Of a DNA stretch of 64,000 nucleotides, positions 35,590-47,524 are shown in pieces (position 1 is the first letter of the stretch; the number at the start of each line of letters is the position of its first letter). The stretch lies in the NCBI RefSeq assembly GCF_036365525.1, contig NC_090404.1, positions 6,448,001 to 6,512,000 on the forward strand, read 5' to 3'. The notes beneath the pieces are model-generated. The model was given only the letters and a program-made list of their open reading frames with translations. It searched no databases and had not been told where the DNA came from. Position numbers and translations under genes: made by a program. The DNA comes from Heterodontus francisci. Its lineage: Eukaryota.

Positions 35590-35900
35590 TAGAGGTGAGC
35601 GCAACCTCAGCAAGACTGAGTCTCAATGGGTCTGAGGCCCCGAATCAGAGCCGGCGGGGGGATATGGGGAACCATTAACCCAATGGTGCAGTGCCTCCCC
35701 CATCCTACCCACTGCTTCCTTCACCTGTTTCCACCGAGTCCGAGTAACAACAAAGGACAGGACAGAGGCCGCGCACAATGCACTGGGGAGCATGCGCATG
35801 CTCAGCGCGCAGGGCAATCAGCGCGTTGGATAGAGCGGTTACTGAGGCACAGAGAATTGTGGGAACTCCAGCCGCTATTCGTCAGCGGCTGTCACTAAGG
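35590..35900 (+). promoter_or_regulatory. CpG-rich putative promoter of the 13-finger ZNF gene
   Basis: Local CpG enrichment and gcatgcgcatgc palindrome (NRF1-like) ~1.2 kb upstream of the ZNF acceptor. Confidence 0.55.
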
Positions 35901-36379
35901 TTTTATTGCAGGCTGAGGGAAGGTCAGCAACCTGAAACATTAACTCAGTTTCTCTCTCCACAGATGCTGTCTGACCTGAGCAATTACAGCATTTTCTCTT
36001 TTAATTTCAGATTTTCAGCATCCACAGTGTTTTGCTTTTGTTCTATTGCAGATGTTGCTCACAGAATTGGGTCTAGAAACACAGACCGACCAATTAAGAG
36101 CCGGTTTGAATCAGGGTGAGCATTGGGTGTGGAAGTCGGTCCCTGGCCTCCTGTGTTGGTCTTTGTTGTTGCATCAGTTTGAGCTGGAGTGGAGATGGAG
36201 GAGAAGCTGCTGGATTTAACCCAGTTGCCTCAATAATTTCTGATCTCAGTGTGATGAGGGAGGGAGATTCTAGGGGGGGTTAGGTTGCTAAACAGACTCT
36301 GTCCCAACAATGTAAGAGAGTATTGTTTTGGGAACAAGTGTTTTGCAAAGCCTTTTAATTCATTATTAATACATATTGA

Positions 36380-36920
36380 AAAAAAGATAGTTCTTTTGAT
36401 GCGGGCATTGCTAGCAAAGCCGGTGTATAATTGCCAATCCCCAATTGCTCTTTGAGAAGGTGATGGTGGGCCGCCTTCTTGAACCGCTGCAGTCCGTGTG
36501 GTGAAGGTACACCCACAATGTAAGGAGCTGCAGGATTTTGACCCAGTAATGATGAAGGAATGGTGATATATGTCCAAGTCAGGATGGTGTGTGTCTTGGA
36601 GGGGAACTTGGAGGTGATGGTTTCACTTGCACCCACTTTCCTTGTCTTTGTCAGTGGTGGAAGTTACGGGTTTGGGAGGTTCTGTCCAAGTACTGAATGA
36701 GTTGTAGACATATGAAGTTCCTCTTCACTCTCCCCTCACTCTCTCTCCTCCCATAGAGATCCAGAGTCTTGTGTAGGCCCAGACCGGGTGGCAGGTTTCC
36801 TTCCCTGAAGGACATTAATGAACCAGTTGGGTTTTTACGACAATCCAGCAGCTTTCATGGTCACTTACCCCTAGTGCCGGTGTCACAAATGACCAGATTC
36901 ATTCAGCTGAATTTCACAAC
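36380..36920 (-). mobile_element. LINE 3' tail (36380-36690) and Deu-domain SINE remnant (36760-36920)
   Basis: Reverse complements of the tail at 8860-9207 and of the SINE core at 48340-48430. Confidence 0.65.
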
Positions 36921-37082
36921 CTTTCTTTGTGTTTTAGTGGGCTCTCTCTCACTCTCATTTTTCTGTTTTAAATCAATTTCACAGGTTATTAGGTGAGGAT
37001 TTGTAGCCAGGGAACTCGAATCAAATCAGGATCTGACAGGGTTACCCAATTTATCATAACCTGAATATCATAGGAATTGAAC

Positions 37083-38204
37083 ATGGAAACAACAAGCACC
37101 ATTCACAGTGGGGAGAAACTGTACACGTGCTCTGTGTGTGGACGAAGCTTCAACCATTCATCTCACCTGTTGAAACACAAGCACAGTCACACCAGGAAGA
37201 AACGGTGTAAATGTGAGGACTGTGGGAAGAGATTTAATTACCCGTCTGAGCTGGAAACTCATCAACGCAGTCACACCGGGGAGAAGCCATTCACCTGCTC
37301 TGTGTGTGGGAAGGGATTCACTCATTCATCCAACCTTCTGACACACCAGCGAGTTCACACCAAGGACAGGCCATTCACCTGCTTCGTGTGTGAGAAAGGA
37401 TTCGCTCAGTCATCCCATCTGTTGACACACCAGCGAGTTCACACTGGGGAGAGGCCATTCACCTGCCCTGTGTGTGAGAAGGGATTCACTCATTTATCCA
37501 ATCTGCTGACACACCAGCGAGTTCACACTGGGGAAAGGCCATTCACCTGCACTGTATGTGGGAAGGGATTCACTCACTCATCCAACCTGCTGAAGCATCA
37601 GCGAGTTCACACTGACGAGAGACCTTTTAAATGCCCGGACTGTGGGAAGTGTTATAAACGTTCTGGGGAACTGATGACCCATCAACGTATTCATACTGAC
37701 GAGAGACCGTTCAGGTGCTCTTACTGCGGGAATGGGTTCAGGCGATCATCTGACCTCACTGTACACCAGCGCATTCATACTGGGGAGAGGCCATTCACCT
37801 GCTCCGTTTGCGGGAAAGGATTCACTCATTTATCCAACCTGCTGGAACATCAACGAGTTCACACTGACGAGAGACCATTCAGGTGTTCTCACTGCGGGAC
37901 TGGGTTCAGGCGATCGACTCAACTCACTCTACACCAGCGTACTCATACTGGAGAGAGGCCGTTCACCTGCTCCGAGTGTGGGAAGGGATTTACTGAATCA
38001 TCCAGTCTGGTGGAACACCAGACAGTTCACACTGGGGAGAGGCCATTCACCTGCTCCGTGTGTGGGAAGGGATTCACTCGGTCATCCCACCTCCTGATAC
38101 ACCAGCGCATTCACACTGGGGAGAGGCCATTCACCTGCACCCTGTGTGGGAAGAGATTTGCCTGTTCATCCAACCTGCTGAGACACCAGCGAGTTCACAA
38201 GTAA
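37083..38204 (+). CDS. C2H2 zinc-finger protein, 13 tandem fingers, no KRAB/SCAN/BTB in this exon
   Basis: 13 CxxC-x12-HxxxH units with TGERP linkers; in-frame TAG at 37071 precedes ATG 37083; acceptor AG 36983-36984; AATAAA 38321-38326. Confidence 0.92.
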   Translation: METTSTIHSGEKLYTCSVCGRSFNHSSHLLKHKHSHTRKKRCKCEDCGKRFNYPSELETHQRSHTGEKPFTCSVCGKGFTHSSNLLTHQRVHTKDRPFTCFVCEKGFAQSSHLLTHQRVHTGERPFTCPVCEKGFTHLSNLLTHQRVHTGERPFTCTVCGKGFTHSSNLLKHQRVHTDERPFKCPDCGKCYKRSGELMTHQRIHTDERPFRCSYCGNGFRRSSDLTVHQRIHTGERPFTCSVCGKGFTHLSNLLEHQRVHTDERPFRCSHCGTGFRRSTQLTLHQRTHTGERPFTCSECGKGFTESSSLVEHQTVHTGERPFTCSVCGKGFTRSSHLLIHQRIHTGERPFTCTLCGKRFACSSNLLRHQRVHK

Positions 38205-38379
38205 CTACAGCAATTGGATTCTGCTGTTAATAACATCGGGAACTGAACCAAGTTCATTGGGGTCTGTTTCTGCTGATAATCCAGCCCCATTTTAGGGGTT
38301 AATATTCTGTGAAAAAGTCAAATAAATCAGATTTGTGTTAAACACATAGTGTGTCGAGTCTTGTTAATATCTTTAACAC

Positions 38380-39200
38380 AAGTTAGTTCCTTTTTCAAGC
38401 GCTCTCCCTCTCCCTTGTCTCCTCCATCCTCGCCTCCAACAAGTGCGAGGAGCTCATGGACTTCTTTGGATGGTCTCAAACTTGATGACAAGCAGCTGCC
38501 TCTGCTGCTTCCCTCCCTTCCACTAGTCCACTGGACTAAATTGCCTCTCAAGTGCCCCCTTGTCCAAGCCCTGAACTTGCATCTTTCTTAAGTTTCTCTC
38601 GTATCTCCCTTCTTGTCCTCTCTGAGCTCATCTTGTCCATGAGACCCACTCCCTGCTACCTAGACCCTATTCCCACTAAACTACTCAACTTCTGCATGTT
38701 CATTGATATTGTTAATGGTTCTCTCTCTTCAGGTACTGTCCCTCTCTTTAAATCTATCATCACCCTATCCTCAAAAAAACAACCCTTGACCCCACCAACC
38801 TTGCAAACTAAAGCCCCATCTCCAACCTCCCTTTTCACTCCAAAGTCCTTGAAGGTTTTGCCGTCTCCCAAATCCATTCCCATTTCTCCAGAAATTCCAT
38901 GTTTCAATACCATCAATCAGATTTCTGACCCAACCACAATACCAAAACGACTCTGATCAAAGTCACAAATGACTCCTATGTGACTGTGACAAAGGTAAAC
39001 TATCCCTCCTTATCCTTCTCGACCTGTCTGCAGCCTTTGATGTGATTGACCACACCATCCAACTCCAACACCTTTCCAGTGTTGTCCAGCTGTGTGTGCC
39101 TGCACTGTCCTGGTTCCTTTCTTATCTACTAATCATAGACAGAGTATCATCTGCAATGACCTCTCTTCCCACTCCCACACCGTTACCTCTAATGTCCTCT
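38380..39200 (+). mobile_element. L2 LINE RT fragment
   Basis: PTPCYLDPIPTKLL and LLILLDLSAAFDVIDH, L2-type motifs, frameshifted. Confidence 0.75.
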
Positions 39201-39239
39201 AGTGGAGAGGTCAGGGAGCAACTGTAAATGGAGAAGAAA

Positions 39240-39775
39240 TGGAGACTTGTCAGGTCACCACATTACAGTAAGGGCATAATTGCTGTGGAGAGAGTACAGA
39301 GGAGATTTACAAGAATATTGCCAGGGCTCAAAAGCTGTGAGGAAAGATTGGATAGGCTAGGGTTGTTTTCCTTAGATTAGCGGAGGCTGAGGGGTGACTT
39401 AATAGAGGTGTACAAAATTATGAGGGGCCTTGATAGAGTAGACAGGAAGGACCTGTTTCCCCAAGCAGAGAGGTCAATTACCAAAGGGCACAGATTTAGA
39501 GTGATTGGTCAAAGGAATAGAGGGCACATGAGGAAAACCTTTTTCACCCAGAGGGTGGTGGGTGTTTGAAATTCACTGCCAGGAACGGTGGTGGAGACAG
39601 AAACCCTTAATTCTTTTAAAAGGTAGCTGGAAATGCACCTGAAGTTACAGAAGCTGTAACCTACGAGACTATGAACCAGGTGCAGGGAGGTGGGATTAGA
39701 TTGGGCGGCGAGATTTTTCTTTCGGCTGACAGACACGACGGGCTGAATTGCCTCCTGTGCCGTAATTTTTCTATG
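39240..39775 (+). mobile_element. CR1 3' fragment
   Basis: RRLRGDLIEVYK coding sequence and tail. Confidence 0.8.
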
Positions 39776-40108
39776 GAGCATCTGCAAATGGAAACTGGTC
39801 AGGGAGTGGCCAGCACCAAAACTGGGAGATATTACAGGGGAGGAGAGAGAAGGGAACCCGTGAGTGTAGAAATGAACCCAGACAGAGTCAGCACCTTCAG
39901 GAGAGGGAGAAAAGTCGACCAAAGGAAAAATGGTACAGATAGTGCGATGGGTTTGGATTTCAGCCCAGGGAAGAGAGAGGGTGTGTGGGATGAGGATTTA
40001 CAGCTAGGGGGGAACAAGAGAGGAATGAATGTTCCACAGAAACTAGAATTGTCTGTTTTGAATTTCGATCCTGTACTTAGTGATGACTTTTGTAATCTCC
40101 TTTTACAG

Positions 40109-41400
40109 GGTGTTGAGGACAATTTACAGACTCAAACTCAAACCAAACATCACAAGATCTAACAGTGACTCAGTTCATCAGGACCTGAGTATCATTGATC
40201 TTCAACTGTGGAAGGTGAAATGTTTGTTTGTTCTGTCTGTGGGAAAAGATTTCAAACATCAGTGTGACTGGAAAAACACCAAGACAAACATGCCCGAGTG
40301 AGCGTGTTCCAGTGCACTGACTGTGGAAAGAGCTTTAACCAGTCATGCAGCCTAAAAAAACATTGCACCATTTACAGTGAGAAGAAACTATACATGTGTT
40401 GTGTGTGTGGATGAGGCTTCAACTCATCATCCAACCTGGAGAGACACAAGGACACCCACGCCACGGAGAAACCATGGAAATGTGGGGACCGTGGGAAGGG
40501 ATACAATTACACATACCAGGTGATGCTCAACACTCAGGTGGGAAAGAGAAAAAATCTACACTGTATTTTTTTTTTTAAAAACTCATCGAAGCATTCACAT
40601 TGGGGAGAGGCTATTCACCTGCTCTGTGTGTGGGAAGGGATTCACTCAGTCGTGCAGTCTCCATACACACCAGCAAATTTGTATTGGAGAGAGGCAATTC
40701 ACCTGCCTTGAATGTCAGAAATGATTAAATGTTTTATAATGCCTCCTGTCACGCCAGTGAGTTCACTCTGATGACAGACTGTTTAGATGTTCTGACTGCG
40801 AGCAAAGCTTTAAAAGTCAGAGTTATACAGCACAGAAACAGGCCCTTTGGCCCACTGTGTCTGTGCCGGCGATCAAGCACCTATCCTTATCCCATTTTCC
40901 CACACTTGGCCCATTTATTTCTATTTATGCCACTAGTTCATCTCTACGGAGACACCAAAGCACTCACACCAGGGAAAGGCCGTTCACCTGCTCTGTGTTT
41001 GGGAAGGGATTCACTCAGCCATCCCACCTGCTGAGACACCAGCGAGTTCACACTGGGGAGAGATCTTTTACATGTCCTGACTGTGAGAAGAGCTTTAAAA
41101 GCAAATGGAATCCGCTGGCACACCAACTCAGTCACAGTGGGGAGAGGCTGTTCACTTGCTCAGTGTGTGGGAAGGGATTCATTCAGTCACAATCTGCTGA
41201 AACATATTCAGCACATTCAGATGTGACAGCAGGGGTTGGATTTTGCTGTTATTGCTGCTGTTAATCACATCCAGGACTGAACAACTGTCAGAATGAACAT
41301 GGGAGTTTGTTTCTGCTGATGTTGTTAACCCTAATAACTAGACTTGAGTTTAATATTCCCGATAATTGTGAAATCAATCAGGTTTGTTTTAAATACGGTG
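40109..41400 (+). pseudogene. C2H2 zinc-finger pseudogene
   Basis: ccttttacAG acceptor at 40107-40108; MEKPW start mutated to ACG (40463); several broken fingers; insertions at ~40520-40577 and ~40817-40915; cluster-type 3'UTR. Confidence 0.85.
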
Positions 41401-41717
41401 TAGATATTTTCTCTTTATCACCTGGCTGGAGCTCAGAAAGGACAATTTGTGAGGAGGAACGGAACTTCAGCCTGGACACAGTCCTTCAGGGAGAAGGATG
41501 AAAGGCACTTTGGTCTTTCTCCTCTCTCTTCACTGAGAGTAAAGTGCCCAATAAGAATTGAGTCCCAGCCACTCTCTTCCATGGTTCAGAGCTCTCAGGC
41601 ATGGAACAGAAGTCTCCTTTACAACTGTGTTTACAGTCAGGAAGAACAACAGTGAATGCTGGAAATGTGCTGTCAAATCAGAGATTGGTGTAAAACTGTG
41701 ATCTGTTCCTGACTGAA

Positions 41718-44645
41718 AGTGAAGCAGAGAGCTGTCCCACAGACTAGTCATGCAGCAGCCAGACACAGTCATACTCACGAATCATACCTTACAGACAATG
41801 TCCCAGACACTGCCATCACCATCCCTGGGTATGTCCTGTCACACCGGGAGGACAGACCCAGTAGAGGTGCCGGCAGAGTGGTATACAGCCGGAAGGGAGT
41901 TGCCCTGGGAGCCCTCAACATCGACTCCAGACTCCATGAAGGCACATGGCATCAGGTCAAACATGGGCAAGGAAACCTCCCACTGATTACCACCTACTGC
42001 CCCCCCTCAGCTGATGAATCAGTACTCCTCCATGTTGAACACCACTTGGAGGAAGCACTGAGGGTGGCAAGGGCACAGAATGTACTCGGGGTGGGGGACT
42101 TCAATGTCCATCACTAAGAGTGGCTCGGGAGCACCACTCCTGACCAAGCTGGCCGAGTCCTAAATGACATAGGTGCTAGAGTGGGTCTGGGGCAGGTGGC
42201 GAGGGAACCAACAAGAGGGAAAAACATATTTGACCTCATCCGCATCAATCTGCCTGCCGCAGATGTAGCTTTCCATGACAGTATTGGTAGGAGTGACCAC
42301 CGCACAGTTGTTGTGAAGACGAAAACCCGCCTTCACATTGAGGATACCCTCCATCGTGTTGTGTAGACTTCCACCGTGCTAAATGGGATAGATTTCGAAC
42401 AGATCTAGCAATACAAAACTGGGCATCCATGAGATGCTGTGGGCCATCAGCAGCAGCAGAATTGTACCCAACCACAATCTGTAACTTCATGGCCTGGTCT
42501 ACCCCCACTCTACCATTACCATCAAGCCGGGGACCAACCCTGGTTCAATGAAGAGTGCAGGAGGGCATGCCAGGAGCAACACCAGGTGTCAACCTGGTGA
42601 AGCTACAACAGGGGACTACTTGCTTGTTAAACAGCATAAGCAGCATGCAATAGACAGAGCTAAGCGATCCCATAACCAACGGATCAGATCTAAGCTCGGA
42701 GTCCTGCCACATCCAGTCCTGAATGGTGGGGAAGCCCAGCACATCAGTGCGAAAGATAAGGCTGAAGCATTTGCAAAAATCTTCAGCCAGAAGTGCCGAG
42801 TTGATGATCCATCTCGGCCTCCTCCTGAAATCCCCAGCATCACAGATGCCAGACTTCAGCCAATTCAATTTACACCATGTGATATCAAGAAATGACTGAA
42901 AGCACTAGATACTGCAAAGGCTACAGGCCCTGACAACATTCCAGCAATAGTAGTGCTGAAGACCTTTGCTGCAGAACTTGCCCCGCCCCTACCAAGCTGT
43001 TCCAGTACAGCTACAACACTGGCATCTACCAGACAATGTGGAAAATTGTCCAGGTATGTCCTGTACACAAAAAGCAGGACAAATCCGACCCAGCCAATTA
43101 CCACCCCATCATTCTATTCTCGATTATCAGTAAAGGATGGAAGGTGTCATTCATAGTGCCATCAAGTGGCACTTGCTTAGCAATAACCTACTCAGTGATG
43201 CCCAGTTTGGGTTCCACCAGGGCCACTCAGCTCCGGACCTCATTACAACCTTGGTTCAAACATGGACAAAACAGCTGAACTCAAGAGGTGAGGTGAGAGT
43301 GACTGCCCTTGATATCAAGGCAGCATTTGACCGAGTACGGCATCAAGGAGCGCTAGCAAAACTGGAGTCAATGGGAATCAGGGGGAAAACGCTCCACTGA
43401 TTAGAATCGTACCGAGTGTAAAAGAAGATGGTTGTGGTTGTTGGAGGTCAATCATATCAGCTCCAGGACATCACTGCAGGAATTCCTCAGGGTAGTGTCC
43501 GAGGCCCAACCTTCTTCAGCTGCTTTATCAATGAGCTTCCCTCAATCATAAGGTCATAAGTGGGGATGTTCGCTGGTGATTGCACAATGTTCAGCACCAT
43601 TCGTGACTCCTCAGATACTGAAGCAGTCCATGTAGAAATACAGCAAGACCTGGACAATATCCAGGCTTGGGCTGATAAGTGGCAGGTAACATTCGCGCCA
43701 CACAAGTGCCAGGCAATGACCATCTCCCCTTGACATTCAATGGCATTACGATCACTGAATACTCCACTATAAACATCCTGGGGGTTACCATTAGCCAGAA
43801 ACTGAACTGGAGTAGCCATATAAATTCTTTGGCTACAAGAGCAGGTCAGAGGCTAGGAATCCTGAGGCGAGTAACTCACCTCCTGACTCCCCAAAGCCTG
43901 TCCACCATCTACAAGGCACAAATCAGGAGTGTGATGGAATATTGTCCGCTTGCCTGGATGGGTGCAGCTCCAACAACACTCAAGAAGCTCAACACCATCC
44001 AGGACAAAGCAACCCACTTGACTGGGAATGTCACCATCTGCAAGTTCCTGTCCAAGTCACACACCATCCTGATTTGGAACTATATCGCCGTTCCTTCACT
44101 GTCGCTGGGTCAAAATCCTGGAACTCCCTTCCTAATAGCATGGACTGCAGCAGTTCAAGAAGGCAGCTCACCACCACCTTCTCAAGGGCAATTAGGGATG
44201 GGCAATAAATGATGGCATAGCCAGTGATGCCCACATCCCGTGAATGAATAAAAAAAATTGGCACCCTGTCCACAAACATTCACTCCCTCCACCACCGACG
44301 CACAGTGGCAGCAGTGTGTACCATCGACAAGATGCACTGGAGCAACGCACCAAGGCTCCTCAGACAGCACCTTCCAAACTCGCGACCTCTACCACCTAGA
44401 AGGACAAGGACAGAAGATGCATGGGAACACCACCACCTGCAAGTTCCCTGCCAAGCCACAGGTCATCCTGACTTGGAACGATATCGCCATTCCTTCACTG
44501 TCGCTGGGTCAAAATCCTGGAACTCCCTTCCTAATAGCACTGTGGATGTACTTACCCCACATGGACTGCTAACACCACCTTTAGGGATGGGCATTAGATG
44601 CTGGCCTGGCCAGTGATGCCCACATCCCATGAAATGAATAAATAA
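41718..44645 (+). mobile_element. Degenerate CR1/L2-group LINE ORF2 (probable partner of the Deu-SINE)
   Basis: LTESYL, GDFNVHH, GRSDH, ANYHPI, ALDIKAAFDRV, GIPQGSV, FAGDC; an extra copy of its own 3' end is inserted at ~44026-44257. Confidence 0.85.
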
Positions 44646-44659
44646 AAACAAAACAGCCT

Positions 44660-45050
44660 GTACAGGAAATTTCTCAGCACAGTATGGAAAGGCACGGAGG
44701 GCATTTCTGAGAGGTGGCTCAGGTTGTGTGGGACCGGCTCCCAAGGAGGGTTTCGGAGCCTGGCTCCAATGAACAGTTCCAGCCTAGCAGGGATCAGCTC
44801 GTCCTGGAGCGTTCCACACTCCCGAGCCCCCTTGACACCCGCACTGAGGGGCATCCCGGTGGCTTTGGCTACTCCTCCACCTGTCGGTTCGTCCCCAGAG
44901 TCGGCTGCCCGGACAGCCAGAGCCCTCTCCTCCGCCGGCGGAAGAGCGCCCTGACTGGAGGCGACCAGGTTCCAGACTCTGAATGGATTCAGATGAAAGG
45001 CAGGCAACTCCCTCAGAGAGGCATGGCCAGAGGTCAGCAACGTGTCTGTA
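44660..45050 (-). mobile_element. Probable ORF2 C-terminal fragment of a second Tx1-like family
   Basis: GC-rich open frame SLRELPAFHLNPFRVWNLV...ELFIGARLRNPPWEPVPHNLSHLSEMPSVPF recalls the Tx1 post-RT region; recognition only. Confidence 0.45.
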
Positions 45051-45270
45051 CAGGGTAAAATCTTTGAGTTCCAAGACTGGTAATTTCTGGGATGAGAAAT
45101 TTCCCACTGGCTTCTTCTTTCCAACCAGACCGGCTTTAAAAAAAAATTACAAGTGTCAGTTTCAGAGCTGACAGGTGCTTACAGCAGAGACAGCGTTTCC
45201 GAACCTCAGACAACTTCATGGTTTCCCAGGCAGGTTCCGAGTTCTTTTAAAGCCCGCCAAAAACCCCAAA

Positions 45271-45590
45271 CTTGTTTGAGGTTCTGAAGTGCGGTCTCTG
45301 CTTGAAGTACCTGTCAGCTGTGAAACTGACCTGAACTTGTCTGAGGTTCTGAAGTGCGGTCTCTGCTTGAAGTACCTGTCAGCTGTGAAACTGACCTGAA
45401 CTTGTCTGAGGTTCTGAAGTGCGGTCTCTGCTTGAAGTACCTGTCAGCTGTGAAACTGACCTGAACTTGTCTGACGTTCTGAAGTCCGGTATCTGCTTGA
45501 AGTACCTGTCAGCTGTGAAACTGACCTGAACTTGTCTGAGGTCCTGAAGTGCGGTCTCTGCTTGAAGTACCTGTCAGCTGTGAAACTGAC
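45271..45590 (+). repeat. 65-bp minisatellite, ~4.9 copies
   Basis: Units start at 45271, 45336, 45401, 45466 and 45531; an inverted diverged copy lies at 45155-45218. Confidence 0.95.
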
Positions 45591-45664
45591 GGCTGCGATT
45601 TTGTTTTACAAAACAGACCATCCACAAAGTTGCTCAACTGAGAGTTTCCGCTCGCTGCAACTGT

Positions 45665-46145
45665 CAGAGAGAGAGAGAGAGAGAGGGACGGGGGGGACAG
45701 GGGCCGGAGAGAGAGAGAAGGGGCGACGGGGCAGAGAGAGAGAGAGAGAGAGAGGACAGGGTAGAGAGAGAGAGGTGAGGTCAGGGAGAGAGAGACAGAG
45801 GGGGACGGAGAGAGAAAGAGGGAGGGGCAGGAAGGGAGGAAGAGAGAGAGAGGGAGGACGGGGGGGGGTCAGAGAAAGAGAGGGGATGAGGGAGAGAGGG
45901 AGGCAGAGATAGAGAAGGGTCAGAGATAGAGAGGGGGTCAGAGAGAGAGAGAGGGATCAGAGAGACAGAGGGTCAGAGAGAGAGTGGGTCAGAGAGAGAG
46001 AGGGTCAGAGAGAGAGTTGGGTCAGAGAGAGAGAGGGAGCAGAGAGAGAGTCAGAGGTGGGCAGAGAGGGGATAGCAAGAGGGGAAACAATACTGAGGGG
46101 GAGACACATAGAGGGAGGTGGAGAGAGAGAGAGAGGAGGGAGAGC
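45665..46145 (+). repeat. GA-rich polypurine tract
   Basis: (GA)n interspersed with ggg and ggtca. Confidence 0.9.
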
Positions 46146-46389
46146 AATCAAGATCACTCCTGACAGATGAACGTCTATCCAGAATACTTTGCATTGGTAC
46201 AAGAATCGTGTAGGCAAACATTGACTACTTGTGCAAGCAAAGAAATGCCACATATTTCACTAAATCAGAGTCCAACATAGTGAAGATAGAGTAAGTCAAT
46301 AAATTAGTCTTCTCATTTAAAGGAAAAAAATGCACATTTTGTTGTTTTGATTAATAGTATGATAAATTTTTAATGCCTTTAACTTGCTG

Positions 46390-46462
46390 AAATTGTCTCA
46401 CTGGCCCTATGCAAGACAAAAGTCGTAATGTGGCCCCCACGTGAAAAGATTGGGCACCCCTG
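46390..46462 (+). mobile_element. Possible hAT/Charlie-type DNA transposon end
   Basis: tggccccc...aaaagattgggcacccctg; reverse complement CAGGGGTGCCCAATC resembles Charlie-type TIRs; no convincing partner TIR found. Confidence 0.45.
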
Positions 46463-47524
46463 CTTCAAGCCTTTAACCTTGTATTTTAAAATAACCTGGT
46501 AGGTCGGTTATTTTAAAACACAAATTTAAAGGCTTGTATTATGCAAACTCATTTTAAAATGACAGAAGTCACTTAGGGAATGTCTCGATTTATGCGCCCT
46601 GGCACACATTACTTTCACCTGGGACACAAGCTCAGTGACATGTTGGAAGTTGCTGGACTTTTACTGCTATACAATTATCACAATTCCGCTGCTATCCATT
46701 TGGAATCACATTGTTCCAGAACGTGTATTGAGGGCAAAATAGGCAAGAAAAGCCAAGGAATCTCCAGAAGTCAGCATTGTCCTCACGAATACAATAGTAC
46801 GGTGTAATGGGCTGAATGATACTGGCAAAACTAGGATGTTGCTGACCCATATACAATAGTTAGTAAATACAATGTAACAGAAAACTTCAATAAAGCTTAA
46901 TCTATGGTAAACTAGCTATGATTCCTATGCTGCAATTGCAGGTTTAAAAACTGTCAGGGAAGACATAGTAAAAATGCATTATTTTTCAATGACCATTTTA
47001 GAAACAGTTATTAACTGGTTTTGTTTTGCTCTGAATTTTTACAAGTTTTACAAGTATGTCAAAGATCAGTAACTGCAATGTGCATCTTTACTATCCAGTT
47101 TGAGGGCAGATAACCTGAGTGGCCAATGTCATTTGAAAGTTGCCTGCATCATTAATAACATTAAAAGTACACCTTTGTTAACAGGTAAGAGATTTGGCTT
47201 GACTAAACAGTTTGTAACTAAATAATACATGCAGTAACAACCACTCAACTTTTTTGCAGAAAAGCTTTTTGTTAATAAACTTGTCAGAGCTGAATTGGAA
47301 TCGACAGTGATAGACTGAGATAAGACAAGTGAATTTAAAAGAATCGATTTATTGGAGGAACTGAAGGGCGCTCTTTTTTGTTATTGTCTTTATCTAATTT
47401 TGTCACTAGCTTTGGTGAGCAAATGGTATTTTGTCCATGAGCCATTCTCTTGTTTCTGTATTTTAGAATCCAGGACCTGGTTTCACAGTCTGTCAAGATG
47501 AATAAACTAGTCGTGGCTACCTAA

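Noticed and set aside
45271-45590. CRISPR-like array
   Set aside because: Units are contiguous with no unique spacers, there are no cas genes, and the DNA is vertebrate
45532-45912. 126-aa Arg/Glu/Gly-rich ORF
   Set aside because: Translation of minisatellite and GA repeat
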